From the NCBI GenBank assembly GCA_001938485.1, contig MQRK01169010.1, positions 1 to 64,000 of the forward strand: DNA of 64,000 nt. The letters are read 5' to 3'. Numbering within the stretch: position 1 is the first letter of the stretch; every line of letters begins with the position of its first letter. This document shows positions 1 to 12,500 of this stretch, piece by piece. A program made the translations under genes and the position numbers. This DNA is from Girardia tigrina (taxonomy: Eukaryota). Under the pieces are notes generated by a model. The model was not told the origin of the DNA and ran no database searches. It saw only the letters and a list, made by a program, of their open reading frames with translations.

Positions 1-22
1 ATATATATATATATATATATAT
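1..22. repeat. (AT)n microsatellite
   Basis: Direct inspection. Confidence 0.85.
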
Positions 23-879
23 TTATCCATCACTCATAGGAGATTCTACTCGAAATTATTCAAATTAAGAAATTTTATTTTACTTCAAATTTGATCTTTA
101 TTGATTTTCTAATTGTTATTTTATTTCATTCATTTTTGAAGGCATATTTCTTTACTTAATTATGCTTAAGTTCGATCAATTTTTCAATTTTCTCGACCAA
201 TACTACTTTATGTATTTTAGTTGTACTTACCTCTTCCATAATTTAGTTGTATGAGTTTCTAGAACTGGAAATTTCATCCATAAATTGAACTGACCTTTGC
301 TAAATAAATAGAAAAAAGAAATAAATGAATTTTCCTAGAGAACCAAGCAATGTAGATTGAACTATTAACAATGGATTTTCAATAAATTTAAAATTTTTAA
401 AATAGTTTGTTTTAATATTTACATTACTTTTGCTATGTTTTAATTAACCGAAAATACAAACAAAAATAAAACTTAAAGCTTTTTCTTATTAAAATATTTT
501 TTTTGATTTTTCTTTATCAAATTATGTTATCAAACATTTTAAATAAATAATGTTCTTTATATTTCCTTGAAAAAGTAATTAATAAAAGATCATCTAACGT
601 ACAATTTGAGATCTTCATTTATTTCGATGATTTTTTATTTAATAACAGACTTCCTTCATCAAGTGATCAAATTGTTTTATTAATAATTAGTTAGATGTAA
701 TTATTAATTTAAGATTTAATTAAACAATATTTGTCAGACTTTGTGTTTAGATTGATATAAGTAGAAGTTATTCGTAGAATAAAAATATATATAACCGTTG
801 AAGTTGTAAGTTTCTTGTTGTTGTCTCAGAATTTCAGATTTTCCAGAGGGGTCCCTAAAATTTACTAGGAGAAAATATA

Positions 880-3800
880 GTTAACTCATTTATTCATCCC
901 TTTTTGGTCTACAACAAGTCTATTTTTTAAGCCTAGATAATAAAGCAAGAGTGCCAATAGGGTTAACTGCTAGCAATAAATAAGTCCCAATGGTCATGCA
1001 TGTGGGCTTCAGAATTCACTTGAGTGATCATGATTTCGCTATTGCTGAACGAATGAAACTAATTCTTATAGTTATAGCTGAAATTTTAATAAAGGGAAAT
1101 TCACTTGGAAAGTCAAATGCTGTTGATTATGTTGATCCCACATGTGAGGAATACTTTAAATTGTATGAATGTGTGAATGTATGGATGATGTATGTTGATT
1201 TGAGTATGTTGAACTTAGTATGGACAGTCCCTCACCCAGATAGAAATTGGTATTTTTTATATTTACAGTGATTGACTATTCGAACATAATTAAAATAATA
1301 TTTTAATAAGTTTATACTTTTAAAATTAACAGTTAAAATTAAGTTTAATATTTTTTAAGAAAAAAAGCATTTAATTAGATATAAATAAAACGAATAAAAT
1401 TTAAATTAACAATTTGATAACAATTTTATTATTTTGAATTTTTATTAAAAAATGGTTTAAATTATTATTTTTAATTAATATTTTTAGAAATTAAATATTT
1501 TAAAAATATTTAAAAAAATTGTTTGAATAATTATGATTAAAAATAGAAATAAACAAACCAATTAGCAAGATGTCAAACGGTGAAGGATCTTCCGAGAGTT
1601 GTGATGACTCTAAATGTGACAATAATAAAAATTCAAATAAAAATTGTCTCAAACAAAAAATGTTTTTAACACTACTTATGTTACTATAAGATCTGGCAAA
1701 CACTCACGCTCAACTGCTTATAGTCATGGCCTGGATTTTAAGCATTTATTTTAAATTACTAAGTTCAATAGCATCACAAAATCTGAGAATATTGTTAAGT
1801 CAATTATTGTTACCATTGTTGATGGAGACTCTGATGAAAGTCCAAGGTACCAAAAGGTAATTGGCGTGTTCAGCAATTTTTAAAGCTTGACTTGGATGTT
1901 ATGTATTTTGCAACAAATGCACCAAGTCAAAGTGCATTTAACAAAGTGGAAAGCAGAATGCCACTGTTATCAAAAGAGTTTACAGCTGTAATATTGCCCC
2001 ATGATCACTTTGAAACACATCTGGATTCTCAAGGTGTGGAGAATTTAAATTGTAAGTATGCAGGGAAAGTGCTTGCAGAAATCTTGTCTAATATAATATT
2101 TTATGGATATTCAACTGTGTCGGTTTATATTCAACCTAATAAATCTGAAATGAAAACCAAATACTTGATCAACATGTCATCTTATTGGTTTGATAAGCAT
2201 GTTCGTACAAGCCAATATTTTTTTGTAAATCGTGTAATGTACAGAAGATAATTATTACTAGAAATTTAGAATTGATTTGCGGAAAGTTATTCCGGAATGA
2301 TTTGTGCCTCCTCTGCTCGAATTTATTCAGAATTCTCAGGTTCTACAAGCACGAGCTGATGAAGGTGCGCTTAATGTTGTTAATCAAATGCTTAAGGATA
2401 AAATTATTCTTACAGAAACGCTGAAAAAGTTCTCACATCTTCCATATGATGCATTTTACCCTTCTGTTCAAACTTCTCTCGGAAGCCGCATCTGCAGATT
2501 TTGTGGTTTTGTATTGATAAAAAGCATCAGCTTGTTCAAAAAGCCCAGACAGTCTTACAAAACAAAATGAAAACCATCAGAATTGCTGCCAGACGTCAAA
2601 GTGGGCTTCTGATAATAATTGATCGTGAAAAAAATGAAGATGTTGAATGGCTAAATGAAGATGTGGACACAACTGACATGGAGGTGCCAAATAATTTAAA
2701 CGAAGAAAACACGCATTTTCCTCTTATTTCACTTACGAAACACCAGAAGTGCAATAGGGAGGAAAAAGGATTTTTAAATTTGATATGTCAACTGTATCAT
2801 AATTACGAAACATTATGATAGTACTGAAAGTTATGAGAACAGTTAAAAGTACTTTGTGATATTAGGAAGTTATTTTTACTATATTTATACTGTTACTTTG
2901 ATAATGGGGTCCTCCATGTGTGGGTGTTACTTACAGAACACGGATTATTTACTAAATAAACTTTTTTTATTTAAATTTTTTCTTTCTTAACTCATACCTT
3001 TATGCTTCTGATAATCTTTAGATATCTTCTCTTCTATTTCCTTTTTGGACAACAAACAACCATGTTGCTTTATTCGGCCACAAATTCACTTATCTCTTAT
3101 CTGCTAATCAAACTCTGTTAATAGTATAAAAATTTTGAATGAGGTAATAGATGTTGTGAACGCACATGTCAAAATGTCACCAACAAAAATGTCGCGGTCA
3201 AAATGTCGTTTTTTTGATTGTTTTTAAAAATATTTTATCGTATTTTTAAACATTTTTTTTCATTTAAAATCTTTTATTATTCATAATTAAAATCTTTTAT
3301 TTTTATTAAATCTTTCGGGGATCAAAATGAAGTTGTTGCTGTTATTTCAAATCATAATCATACTCCCGATTCAACAAAAGAAGTTGTTAAAGAAAAATTA
3401 TTTTTTTATAAGATCAAGCAATAAATACCCAGAACACAACTCAACAAATAATTGCGGAGAGGTCCGTTGGAGTTCATTCAGTGCTTACTGCAAAATTACC
3501 TTCCTCAAAACTGATGAGCAGGATGATACAAATAAAAAGGTATCATACACAGCAATTTCCGGTTTGAGAATCGATGCCCCATACAATATAATATTTAAAG
3601 TAAAAATTTGGATCTTTTATCTGAATGTGAACATTGGTATGTTGACGGTTCATTTAAAGCAGCGCCCTATTTATTTCATCAATTTTATACAACTCACGGA
3701 ATTAAGTATAATAATGTACTACCGTCCGTTTTAAGTTCAAATCATCCAAATATTTGGTGTTTCATTGATGTACTGAAGCATGAACAAAGCCTTAATGAAT

Positions 3801-4358
3801 TAAAGATTAAGCAGTATATTTGTGGACAAGAACCATCTTTAGGAAAATAAAAAATATATGGAAAGTGCACAAAGATTATACAGAATAGTTGCTAGTTACA
3901 ATAATGCATTAATTTTAAATTATTTGAAAGATGTGGCAAGCAATGTTCATTTGAACATTTAATAATAAAATATAGAAGCATTAAACGTTTTTTGGTAAAT
4001 AAAAATGGATTTATGAAATATGTTTTTGTTTTGAATATTTAATGCAAACAGTTTTTATTTATTATTATTTGTTTTTATACTATATTTTTATGATTCATAA
4101 ATTAAATTTAATTTATTTTAAGTAAACATATTAATTTTTATTAAGTTTTTTTAAACATTTTATATCCGCGATATTTTTGTTCGCGACATTTTGGACCCGG
4201 GACATTATGACCGCGACATTTTTGTCGGCGACATTTTGACGTGGAACCGTTGTGACATACTTATTTTAGGGGTTTAACAAGGTTGTGACACTTTGTGACA
4301 GAGAAGATGGGGAGGTTGAAAATGCAAAACAATCGTGACATCCTTTATGGTCAGCCCC
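880..4358 (+). mobile_element. Decayed Zator DNA transposon (transposase pseudogene ~880-2760; right terminus at 4358), interrupted by a ~530 bp insert and a Mutator element
   Basis: Fragments LDNKARVPIGLTASNK, HDFAIAERMKLI, TYVTIRSGKHSRSTAYSHGLDF, VDGDSDESPRYQKVI and ATNAPSQSAFNKVESRMPLLSKE...ILPHDHFETHLD match Zator transposase motifs as I know them. The terminus ...tttatggtcagcccc followed by TTA fits Zator GGGG ends and a TWA target site. Left end not found. Confidence 0.8.
3160..4248 (+). mobile_element. Internally deleted Mutator (MULE) element
   Basis: Inverted ends built from aaaatgtc(g) subrepeats (3167-3208 vs 4184-4248); flanking direct repeat GTTGTGA; internal WYVDGSFKAAPYLFHQFYTTHG (MULE DGTF motif) and HPNIWCFIDVLKHEQ. 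Confidence 0.82.
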
Positions 4359-4468
4359 TTACAATAGTAATTGATCGTAATAAAGACGCAGAGAAAACCT
4401 TAAATCATTAATTTTAATTCTCTGTAAAAATCTTTTTCTAAATGTTAAATGAATTTTTTTGGCACTTA

Positions 4469-5666
4469 CAGGGTGCGGCAGCTATTTGAGAACAAAATGA
4501 CATAAAGTTCAAAAAATGAATATACAACAGAAAAATAACATTTATTACAATTTAAAATTTTACATATATTAACACGTACNNNNNNNNNNNNNNNNNNNNN
4601 NNNNNNNNNNNNNNNNNNNNNNNNNNNNNNNNNNNNNNNNNNNNNNNNNNNNNNNNNNNNNNNNNNNNNNNNNNNNNNNNNNNNNNNNNNNNNNNNNNNN
4701 NNNNNNNNNNNNNNNNNNNNNNNNNNNNNNNNNNNNNNNNNNNNNNNNNNNNNNNNNNNNNNNNNNNNNNNNNNNNNNNNNNNNNNNNNNNNNNNNNNNN
4801 NNNNNNNNNNNNNNNNNNNNNNNNNNNNNNNNNNNNNNNNNNNNNNNNNNNNNNNNNNNNNNNNNNNNNNNNNNNNNNNNNNNNNNNNNNNNNNNNNNNN
4901 NNNNNNNNNNNNNNNNNNNNNNNNNNNNNNNNNNNNNNNNNNNNNNNNNNNNNNNNNNNNNNNNNNNNNNNNNNNNNNNNNNNNNNNNNNNNNNNNNNNN
5001 NNNNNNNNNNNNNNNNNNNNNNNNNNNNNNNNNNNNNNNNNNNNNNNNNNNNNNNNNNNNNNNNNNNNNNNNNNNNNNNNNNNNNNNNNNNNNNNNNNNN
5101 NNNNNNNNNNNNNNNNNNNNNNNNNNNNNNNNNNNNNNNNNNNNNNNNNNNNNNNNNNNNNNNNNNNNNNNNNNNNNNNNNNNNNNNNNNNNNNNNNNNN
5201 NNNNNNNNNNNNNNNNNNNNNNNNNNNNNNNNNNNNNNNNNNNNNNNNNNNNNNNNNNNNNNNNNNNNNNNNNNNNNNNNNNNNNNNNNNNNNNNNNNNN
5301 NNNNNNNNNNNNNNNNNNNNNNNNNNNNNNNNNNNNNNNNNNNNNNNNNNNNNNNNNNNNNNNNNNNNNNNNNNNNNNNNNNNNNNNNNNNNNNNNNNNN
5401 NNNNNNNNNNNNNNNNNNNNNNNNNNNNNNNNNNNNNNNNNNNNNNNNNNNNNNNNNNNNNNNNNNNNNNNNNNNNNNNNNNNNNNNNNNNNNNNNNNNN
5501 NNNNNNNNNNNNNNNNNNNNNNNNNNNNNNNNNNNNNNNNNNNNNNNNNNNCATTCGTAAGAGTAGCTTCTGCCATATCTACCAGCAAAAATAAAATTAT
5601 GTAATTATAACACACAAAAAGATATGGTGTCTATATTACGTGTTCTCAAATAGCTGCCGCACCCTG
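4469..5666 (-). mobile_element. Tc1/mariner-superfamily element, family A copy 1 (interior is an N gap)
   Basis: Perfect TIR CAGGGTGCGGCAGCTATTTGAGAACA, TA on both sides, near-identical copy at 12973-14122; probable transposase start MAEATLTNE. Confidence 0.88.
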
Positions 5667-7098
5667 TATACGTAAAATTGATTTTTTTAAAGAAATTAAA
5701 TGGTAGATGACACCCAAATTATGCAGTTAAATATAAATGTAATTTATAAATACCTTTTGTTTTGTTTTCCTTTTTAAAAAAAAAGATTAAACGTCGTTTC
5801 GGCCGATAAATGAAATATCTCATTTGTTTATTATTAATTTTCGATTTATATATAAACTTTTGATTATGAATAAAGGCAATGGAGGTGATTAACAGAAAAC
5901 GAGGAGAGCAATGTCAAAATACCACGTTAAACGTTCAACAGAAAAGTGATAATTACTCGTAAAATCTTTTATTCGCCGATCAACAAAACTTTCCTTTCTA
6001 TAACCTCTTCCCCAGAAGATTGTTATATTACCTATTATTGCAGCTCATTTCTATAATCTCTTGTAACCTAAAAGTGTAACTCTGTATCTATAAACGATTA
6101 TTACACATTTTATTCGTTATTCTAAGTATAACTTTACTTTTATACATTATTGTTTTCCATACTGAATCGTTATCTTTTTTATATTTTATTTATATTTTAC
6201 ATACAAAAGATCAAACACCATTTTTTCTTGATTATAAGGCTGACTTATATCAATAAAATTAATTATATTTTGCTTCAATAATTATAGTTTTACAAAATTA
6301 ATATTGTTAAGTGTGAAAAAGTCTACAGACTCTTAATTTTTATTCAAATTTATTTTTAATTTTTTAACAATCTTAAAAATAAAATGACGAATTATGTACA
6401 AACTTAAATGAGTATGACGAAGGGAAAATCAAATTTTTTAAATCAAACAAAAACATTCTCAGTGAACTCTCCGAAATTGTGAAAAGACCGTAAAATGTAA
6501 ATAAAACATTTTTATCAAAGGCCAGGAAGACAAAAAGATTAATGATTTGCAAGCAGTTTAAAGACTAAGCATTATGTTTTAGTTTAAAAATGTGTTTAGG
6601 CAATGGCATTAGCTCAAATTGATTATTTGTAAAGGATATAAATCAATGTATGAGATACATTAAAAACCAAATTAGTAAAGAAATGTAAAAAAACATAACG
6701 AAAAAAAATTCTGAATCAAAAACAGAATGATTTTTTTTCAGGGGGTCACATTAGGTCTCTCTTGCCCAGCAGGTTGATTGATATTTTTTAGTTTTTGAGG
6801 ATCCAATTTTTCGAACAGAATTTCAAATTCTGATTTTATATTATCTTTTAAAACTAATTTAAATTTAAATTTTTGTAAAATGATTACACCTATCCTTTTG
6901 TTGGAAGAGAGTTAAGCGAGAATAAATTTTGTTTAAAAAAATCGTGCTAAACGAAAATAATCTCATTTAACTCTATATAGTAATTTTTTAATAAAATGTT
7001 AATATATTAGTCAGGTATTTCCACCTTGTATCAATGTACAAGATTGTATCAAGATTTATTTATTTTTTTCAAATATAAATGACTTTATTTGTAAAATA

Positions 7099-8393
7099 TT
7101 GGGTTGTTGCATAAGTTCCCGCCGTTTTTTAAACATTTATTTTCAAAGAAATCATATAATGTTAACAACCAAAATAATGACTCAGTTAATTATATATTTA
7201 ATGAAATCATAAAATTTTAACAGCAAAAATAATAACACTTCAATCAATTATGCACTCTCCTTCATTGTTCATTACTTCTTCCCATCTTTCCACCAGTTTG
7301 TTGATTCCATTTCGCCAGAAATCCTTAGGTTAAGTCTCGAAGAAGTTGTTGAGCCAATTCTCAAGATGATCCTGATTTTCGAAGCTAAGACCCCTCATTT
7401 CATTTGAAAGGCAGCGGAAGACATGGTAATCCGTCGGGGCGAGGTCTGTGGAATATGGAGGATGGTGAAGGGCCTCCAAACCGACTCTTGGAGTGCCATG
7501 TTGACAGTTTTTGCGGTGTGTGGTCGAGCATTGTCATGGAGGAGGATCACCTGGTCGTGTCGATCCGGTCTTTTTTGTTGAATTGCCTCATTGACTCGAT
7601 GCAATTGGGTTTTATTGAGATTCTTTTCTACTGTCATGTTCTTTCCAAGCATTTCCGAGGGGATTAGACCTTCCCAATTCCACCATACGCAAATCATTGT
7701 CTTCATCGGGTGCTGGTCTTTCTTGATCCAGGGCTTAGGCTTCTCTCCAGGACTCACCTTTGCTTCATATTCACATAGAGACAACATTTCTCGTCTCCAG
7801 TGACGATTCTGTATACGATTTTCCGCAGCAATGAAAAGCCGCTTATCCTTCTGTTTTTGGGTGAGTTCGCGTGGGACCCAAGCTCCAAGCTTTTGAGTGA
7901 AACCCATCGACTGAAGATGGTGTGAAATTGTCACAAAATCACAATTCATCTTTTCGGTCAATTCTCTGCATGTCTGGCGGCTATCTTCCTTCAAAAGATC
8001 CCCAAGTTGGTAATCGTCCATCTCGACTGGCCTTCCGGAACGAGGAGCGTCGTTGAGGTCGAAATTATCGTGTTTGAACCTGGCAAACCAATCTTGAGCA
8101 GTTCTCTCAGCTATAGCGTCCTCTTCATACACGGCGCAAATATCTCTGGTAGCTTCACTCGATTTTTGACCTCGATTAAAGGCGGGAAGAAGTAGGATTC
8201 GAAAATGCGACTTGACAATCCATTTGACGGTTCTAAAAAAAGACAAAAAAATAATATAGGTAAAAACGATTACTTTAATCTTGTATAGCTTAGAACGGGC
8301 TTTCTAATGTTATATAACACTTCGCCAAACATCAAAAAGTCTTTGTAGAACAAATAATTTCAAGTAACGGCGGGAACTTATGCAACAACCCAA
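7099..8393 (-). mobile_element. Mariner element (1295 bp) with frameshifted transposase
   Basis: Perfect TIR TTGGGTTGTTGCATAAGTTCCCGCCGTT, TA TSD; PRSGRP, WVPREL, IVTGDEK (shifted frame), HDNARPH. Confidence 0.95.
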
Positions 8394-9391
8394 TAGAAGA
8401 AGCATTTTATTATATAAAAAATAATGAAAGTAATATATTTAATGTTTTCGGAAAAATAATCAGACGTCAAATTATACTCATTTTACAAAAGGTGATGAAA
8501 AATCAAATCTTAATTTTTAATATAATAAATATTCTTCATTTGCCTTCTGTTTTTTATTCAATTTTAATACCGAGTTTGAAAATATCGTATTTTATGATGT
8601 TTAATATTTATAAATGTAAAATCAAGGAACATTTTAAAAACTATTTACTTATGAATATTCGAAAACATTCGTGTAAGACTTTTTTAGATATAAATATATG
8701 GAAAGAGAAAATAAATAAAAAACATTTAATTATATTCTATTATATAATAATAATATAACTAAAATGTTTTGATAACTCAATTTTAGACATGTTTGGTTAT
8801 CAAAACTGATAAGTACGAGTGCTCATGTTATGGCATTGAATCGCGTCTTCTCAGGTTCAAGTGCAAAAAATATTCATTTCAACCGCTTGAATTTGTAAGC
8901 TATTTACAAAAGATTTAAAGCCAACACGTAAATCATAAAAATATGATTGAAACATCCAACTTATTTTCAAAGACCTATTACAATTTATACATATGGCTTT
9001 TTTACTTTTCTGTTACTTTTTGGCGAGATTCAGCCTTAGAAGCGTTCAGTCTTAATCAATCGGATAGTAGAGGATGGTTTGAGGAACGAATGTATTTCAA
9101 ATTGGATAAAGGAAACTGAGTTTACATTGAAGATTATATTATAAGGATTTTCTAAAATAAATTTATACATAACTTATTATATAATAACTGTTAAAATACA
9201 ATCTTACGGTTGTACTTTAACAAATAAAATAATTGTGATGAAGTAGATGAAATAATTAGATAGGTATAGGTGTAACTGATTAGAAATGACCTAACTGACC
9301 AAGTAAAAGGTATGGGAAGTCACTTCTTATATTGAGTATATTATTATACTTTTTTATATTTTTAGTTGATTCAATATATTATATTTTACAG

Positions 9392-9562
9392 CGACTGACG
9401 AGTGATGACGGACTTGAAGTAAAATGGGATGGGGCAAGTAGAATCGATGTAACTGTATCAAGTAAACTAAAAGGAAAAGTATGTGGACTCTGCGGAAATT
9501 ACAATATGATGAAATTTGATGATTGGATTATCGGACCTAAGTGTAATGCTGCTGGAAAAATT
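9392..9562 (+). CDS. exon 1 in window: VWD domain ([14 protein letters not shown]...CGLCGNYN)
   Basis: ttttacag acceptor, gtaagt donor, phase 0-0. Confidence 0.9.
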
Positions 9563-12500
9563 GTAAGTGTTATAAATAGAAATGAGACCTTTATTCATAT
9601 AATACAGACTGATTTGCTGAATCTTTTTGGAGATTCATGGCGAAATGATGATCCACCTGATACAGATGCGACATGTTCCAGTGAGATCTGTCGAGAAACA
9701 CCCAACGAAAAACCGTGTTCTCCTGACATTGAAGCAAAAAGTACTTTAGCATGTGAAAACTTAAGAACGAAATTTGCGGTAAATATTTGTTAAAAGTTAT
9801 TTAATTTATTATCTCTGACTATGTATAGCAATGTGAAGCTGTTATGAAACAAATGAAAAAATCTATGGACGAATACATCACCAGTTGCATTTACGACCAA
9901 TGCTTTTCCAAGGGAGATCCAACTGAGATGATGTGCAAAACCGCGGAAAGCTTAGCACAAAAATGTCTTGAAGAATTTAAAGTCCGTGTAAATTACCGAA
10001 GTGAAAATTTTTGCAGTAAGATTTTTTATATTTAGTAATTTATTGGATTAAATTAATTTAAAAGTTATTTAAATGACTTGAATAAATCATTCAAACATAA
10101 ATTGCCAATCGTTTCAGGAATAAATTTTTACCATGTAACAGTAAAATGCTCAAAATTTAATTTTCGCGAAATTGTTATTTTTTTAGTATCTTTATCAATG
10201 GGTTTTAGTGTCTTAATCAGAATGATTCACAAAGCCCTTCTGTAAAACAGAAAACTCATCCCTTGAAATTTTAGAGTCTATTTTTACAATGTAACCAATG
10301 ATAAATAACCTAAATCGATCGACTTGATTGTGAATACTCACTATGAGAATTTAGTTTAAATTTGCACTTCGCCAAAATAATTTATCATTTTTTTTAAATT
10401 GGAAAATTTTAAAGAAATTAAATAAATACAAAAGTTTTAAAATTAAAAATGATGTTCAAAGGAAAACAAACAAAAATTAAATACTTAATTTAATAAAAAC
10501 TGTTTACATTTATATCAATTGATATATTTTAATAAAAGTTTTGAGATAAGAATTTTAAAATAAATTATGTACGGATAAAAATTTATAATATTTTTAAGAA
10601 GTAATTTTTTAAAGTAAAATGCTTATGTTAAATTTAAATTTAATAGTTTGGTGAGAAAATTTGATAAAAATAATTGAGTTATAATTTAAAAAATAAATTT
10701 TATAATTATAAATTAAATTTTGAAAATTAAATTGGAAGAAAAGTTTCATAAATGGATTTTGGAGAAATGATTGAATTAATAAGAAATTTGTTTGTATATT
10801 ATATATCGTTTATATAATAATAAAGTTTATATACTATATGATGTATTATTGTCATTACTAAATTTTGCAATAAGTATGAATTTTCGGAATAATGAAATTT
10901 CGGATAATGAAAATTGCATAAACGCTACTAACACTCACTACTAATCGGGGTCTTGATATGACGATTTGTACGAGTTTTGACCAATGAAAATCGAATTTAT
11001 GAACCAGATTAGCTTGAAATCAATAAATAGTTTTCCATTAATTTAAAAGGAAGCAGTATCACTCATATTTATATATAGTATATACAGGGTGACACAATGG
11101 GTACGCAGCCTCTAATTTTTGCATATTCTAAATCTACTCGTCAAGACGAGTATTTTGATATATAACATATGAGGTGTAAAAATTCCAGAACTTGATCTTT
11201 TTGCGCAATAAAGGTCAAATTTTGAAACTCAGAATTTTGTTATAAAAATGGATTCATTTTGTGGATTTTTAATGCTGATTAGGAATATATGGTTATTTTT
11301 TTCATAACACTTATGGTTCGAAAGTTATACGATTTATAAAACTTAACATTTATTGGTCAATGTTGAAAAAATTGAAAGAATAATGTAATAAATAGAAAAA
11401 TAATCAATGTTTGAAAGAAAAAATATATTTGAATAAACGATGCTACATTAATAAAGTAGATGTTCAAAGTGCTTTCCTTCGGTCGCTATCACATGTCGAA
11501 GTCTTGTTTCAAAATTTGAAATTGTCTTTTTCAAAATATCGGGTCCAATTTTCTTGATTTCTTGTTCAATTGCGATTTTAAGCTCGTCAAGTGTTGCTGG
11601 TTCTGTGCAATAAACCTTGTCTTTGAGATAGCCCCATAAAAAGTAATCACAAGGGTTCAAATCTGGAGAATATGGAGGCCAATCATCTCCAGAACCTGTT
11701 TTAGAAGTTGCATCCAATCCAATTATTCGATTTGAAAATTGTTCAGAAAGGAGATCAAATATTTCTTGAGTTCGATGAGGTCTTGCTCCATCTTGCATAA
11801 ACCAATATTCCTCAACTTTTTGCGAACNNNNNNNNNNNNNNNNNNNNNNNNNNNNNNNNNNNNNNNNNNNNNNNNNNNNNNNNNNNNNNNNNNNNNNNNN
11901 NNNNNNNNNNNNNNNNNNNNNNNNNNNNNNNNNNNNNNNNNNNNNNNNNNNNNNNNNNNNNNNNNGTCTAATTATTGCATGATGAGGATTTTCTGTTCCC
12001 CAAAAACGCCAATTTTGCTTATTAACGTAACCATGCAGATGGAAATGAGCTTCATCAGAAAACCATATTTTGTTAAAATCAATTTAACCACTCTCTTTCA
12101 TGTTAATTAGTTTATTTGAGAATTCAAATCGTTGGACACCAGCTCTTTCACTAATCGGTTGATTAATTTGAATCTTGTAAGAATCTAATTTCTAGATCTA
12201 ATTTCATTATTCTTTGTATAGATGATCTTTGTATTCCGAGTACTCTTGAGGCCTGTCTTTGGCTTGATTCGGGATTTTCTTGAAAATAATTTTGTACGGA
12301 CTTGATGTTCTCTTCCGTTCTTACAGTCTTGGATTTCGTTTTCATTTCTTCTTTCTTATCTAGAACCGTTCCAAATTCCGCGAACTTCTCGTATGCACGC
12401 TTTATTGTAGTTGGATCAATTTTTTAATGGCTACCAAACTCAATTCTAAATTCTTTAGCCACTTCGGTTGCCGATTTCAGTTCGTGGAACTTAAGAACCA

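Noticed and set aside
4466-5615. Long ORFs 4466-5554 and 4569-5615 (also 13024-14082, 13035-14075, 42752-42973)
   Set aside because: Artefacts of N gaps translated as X.
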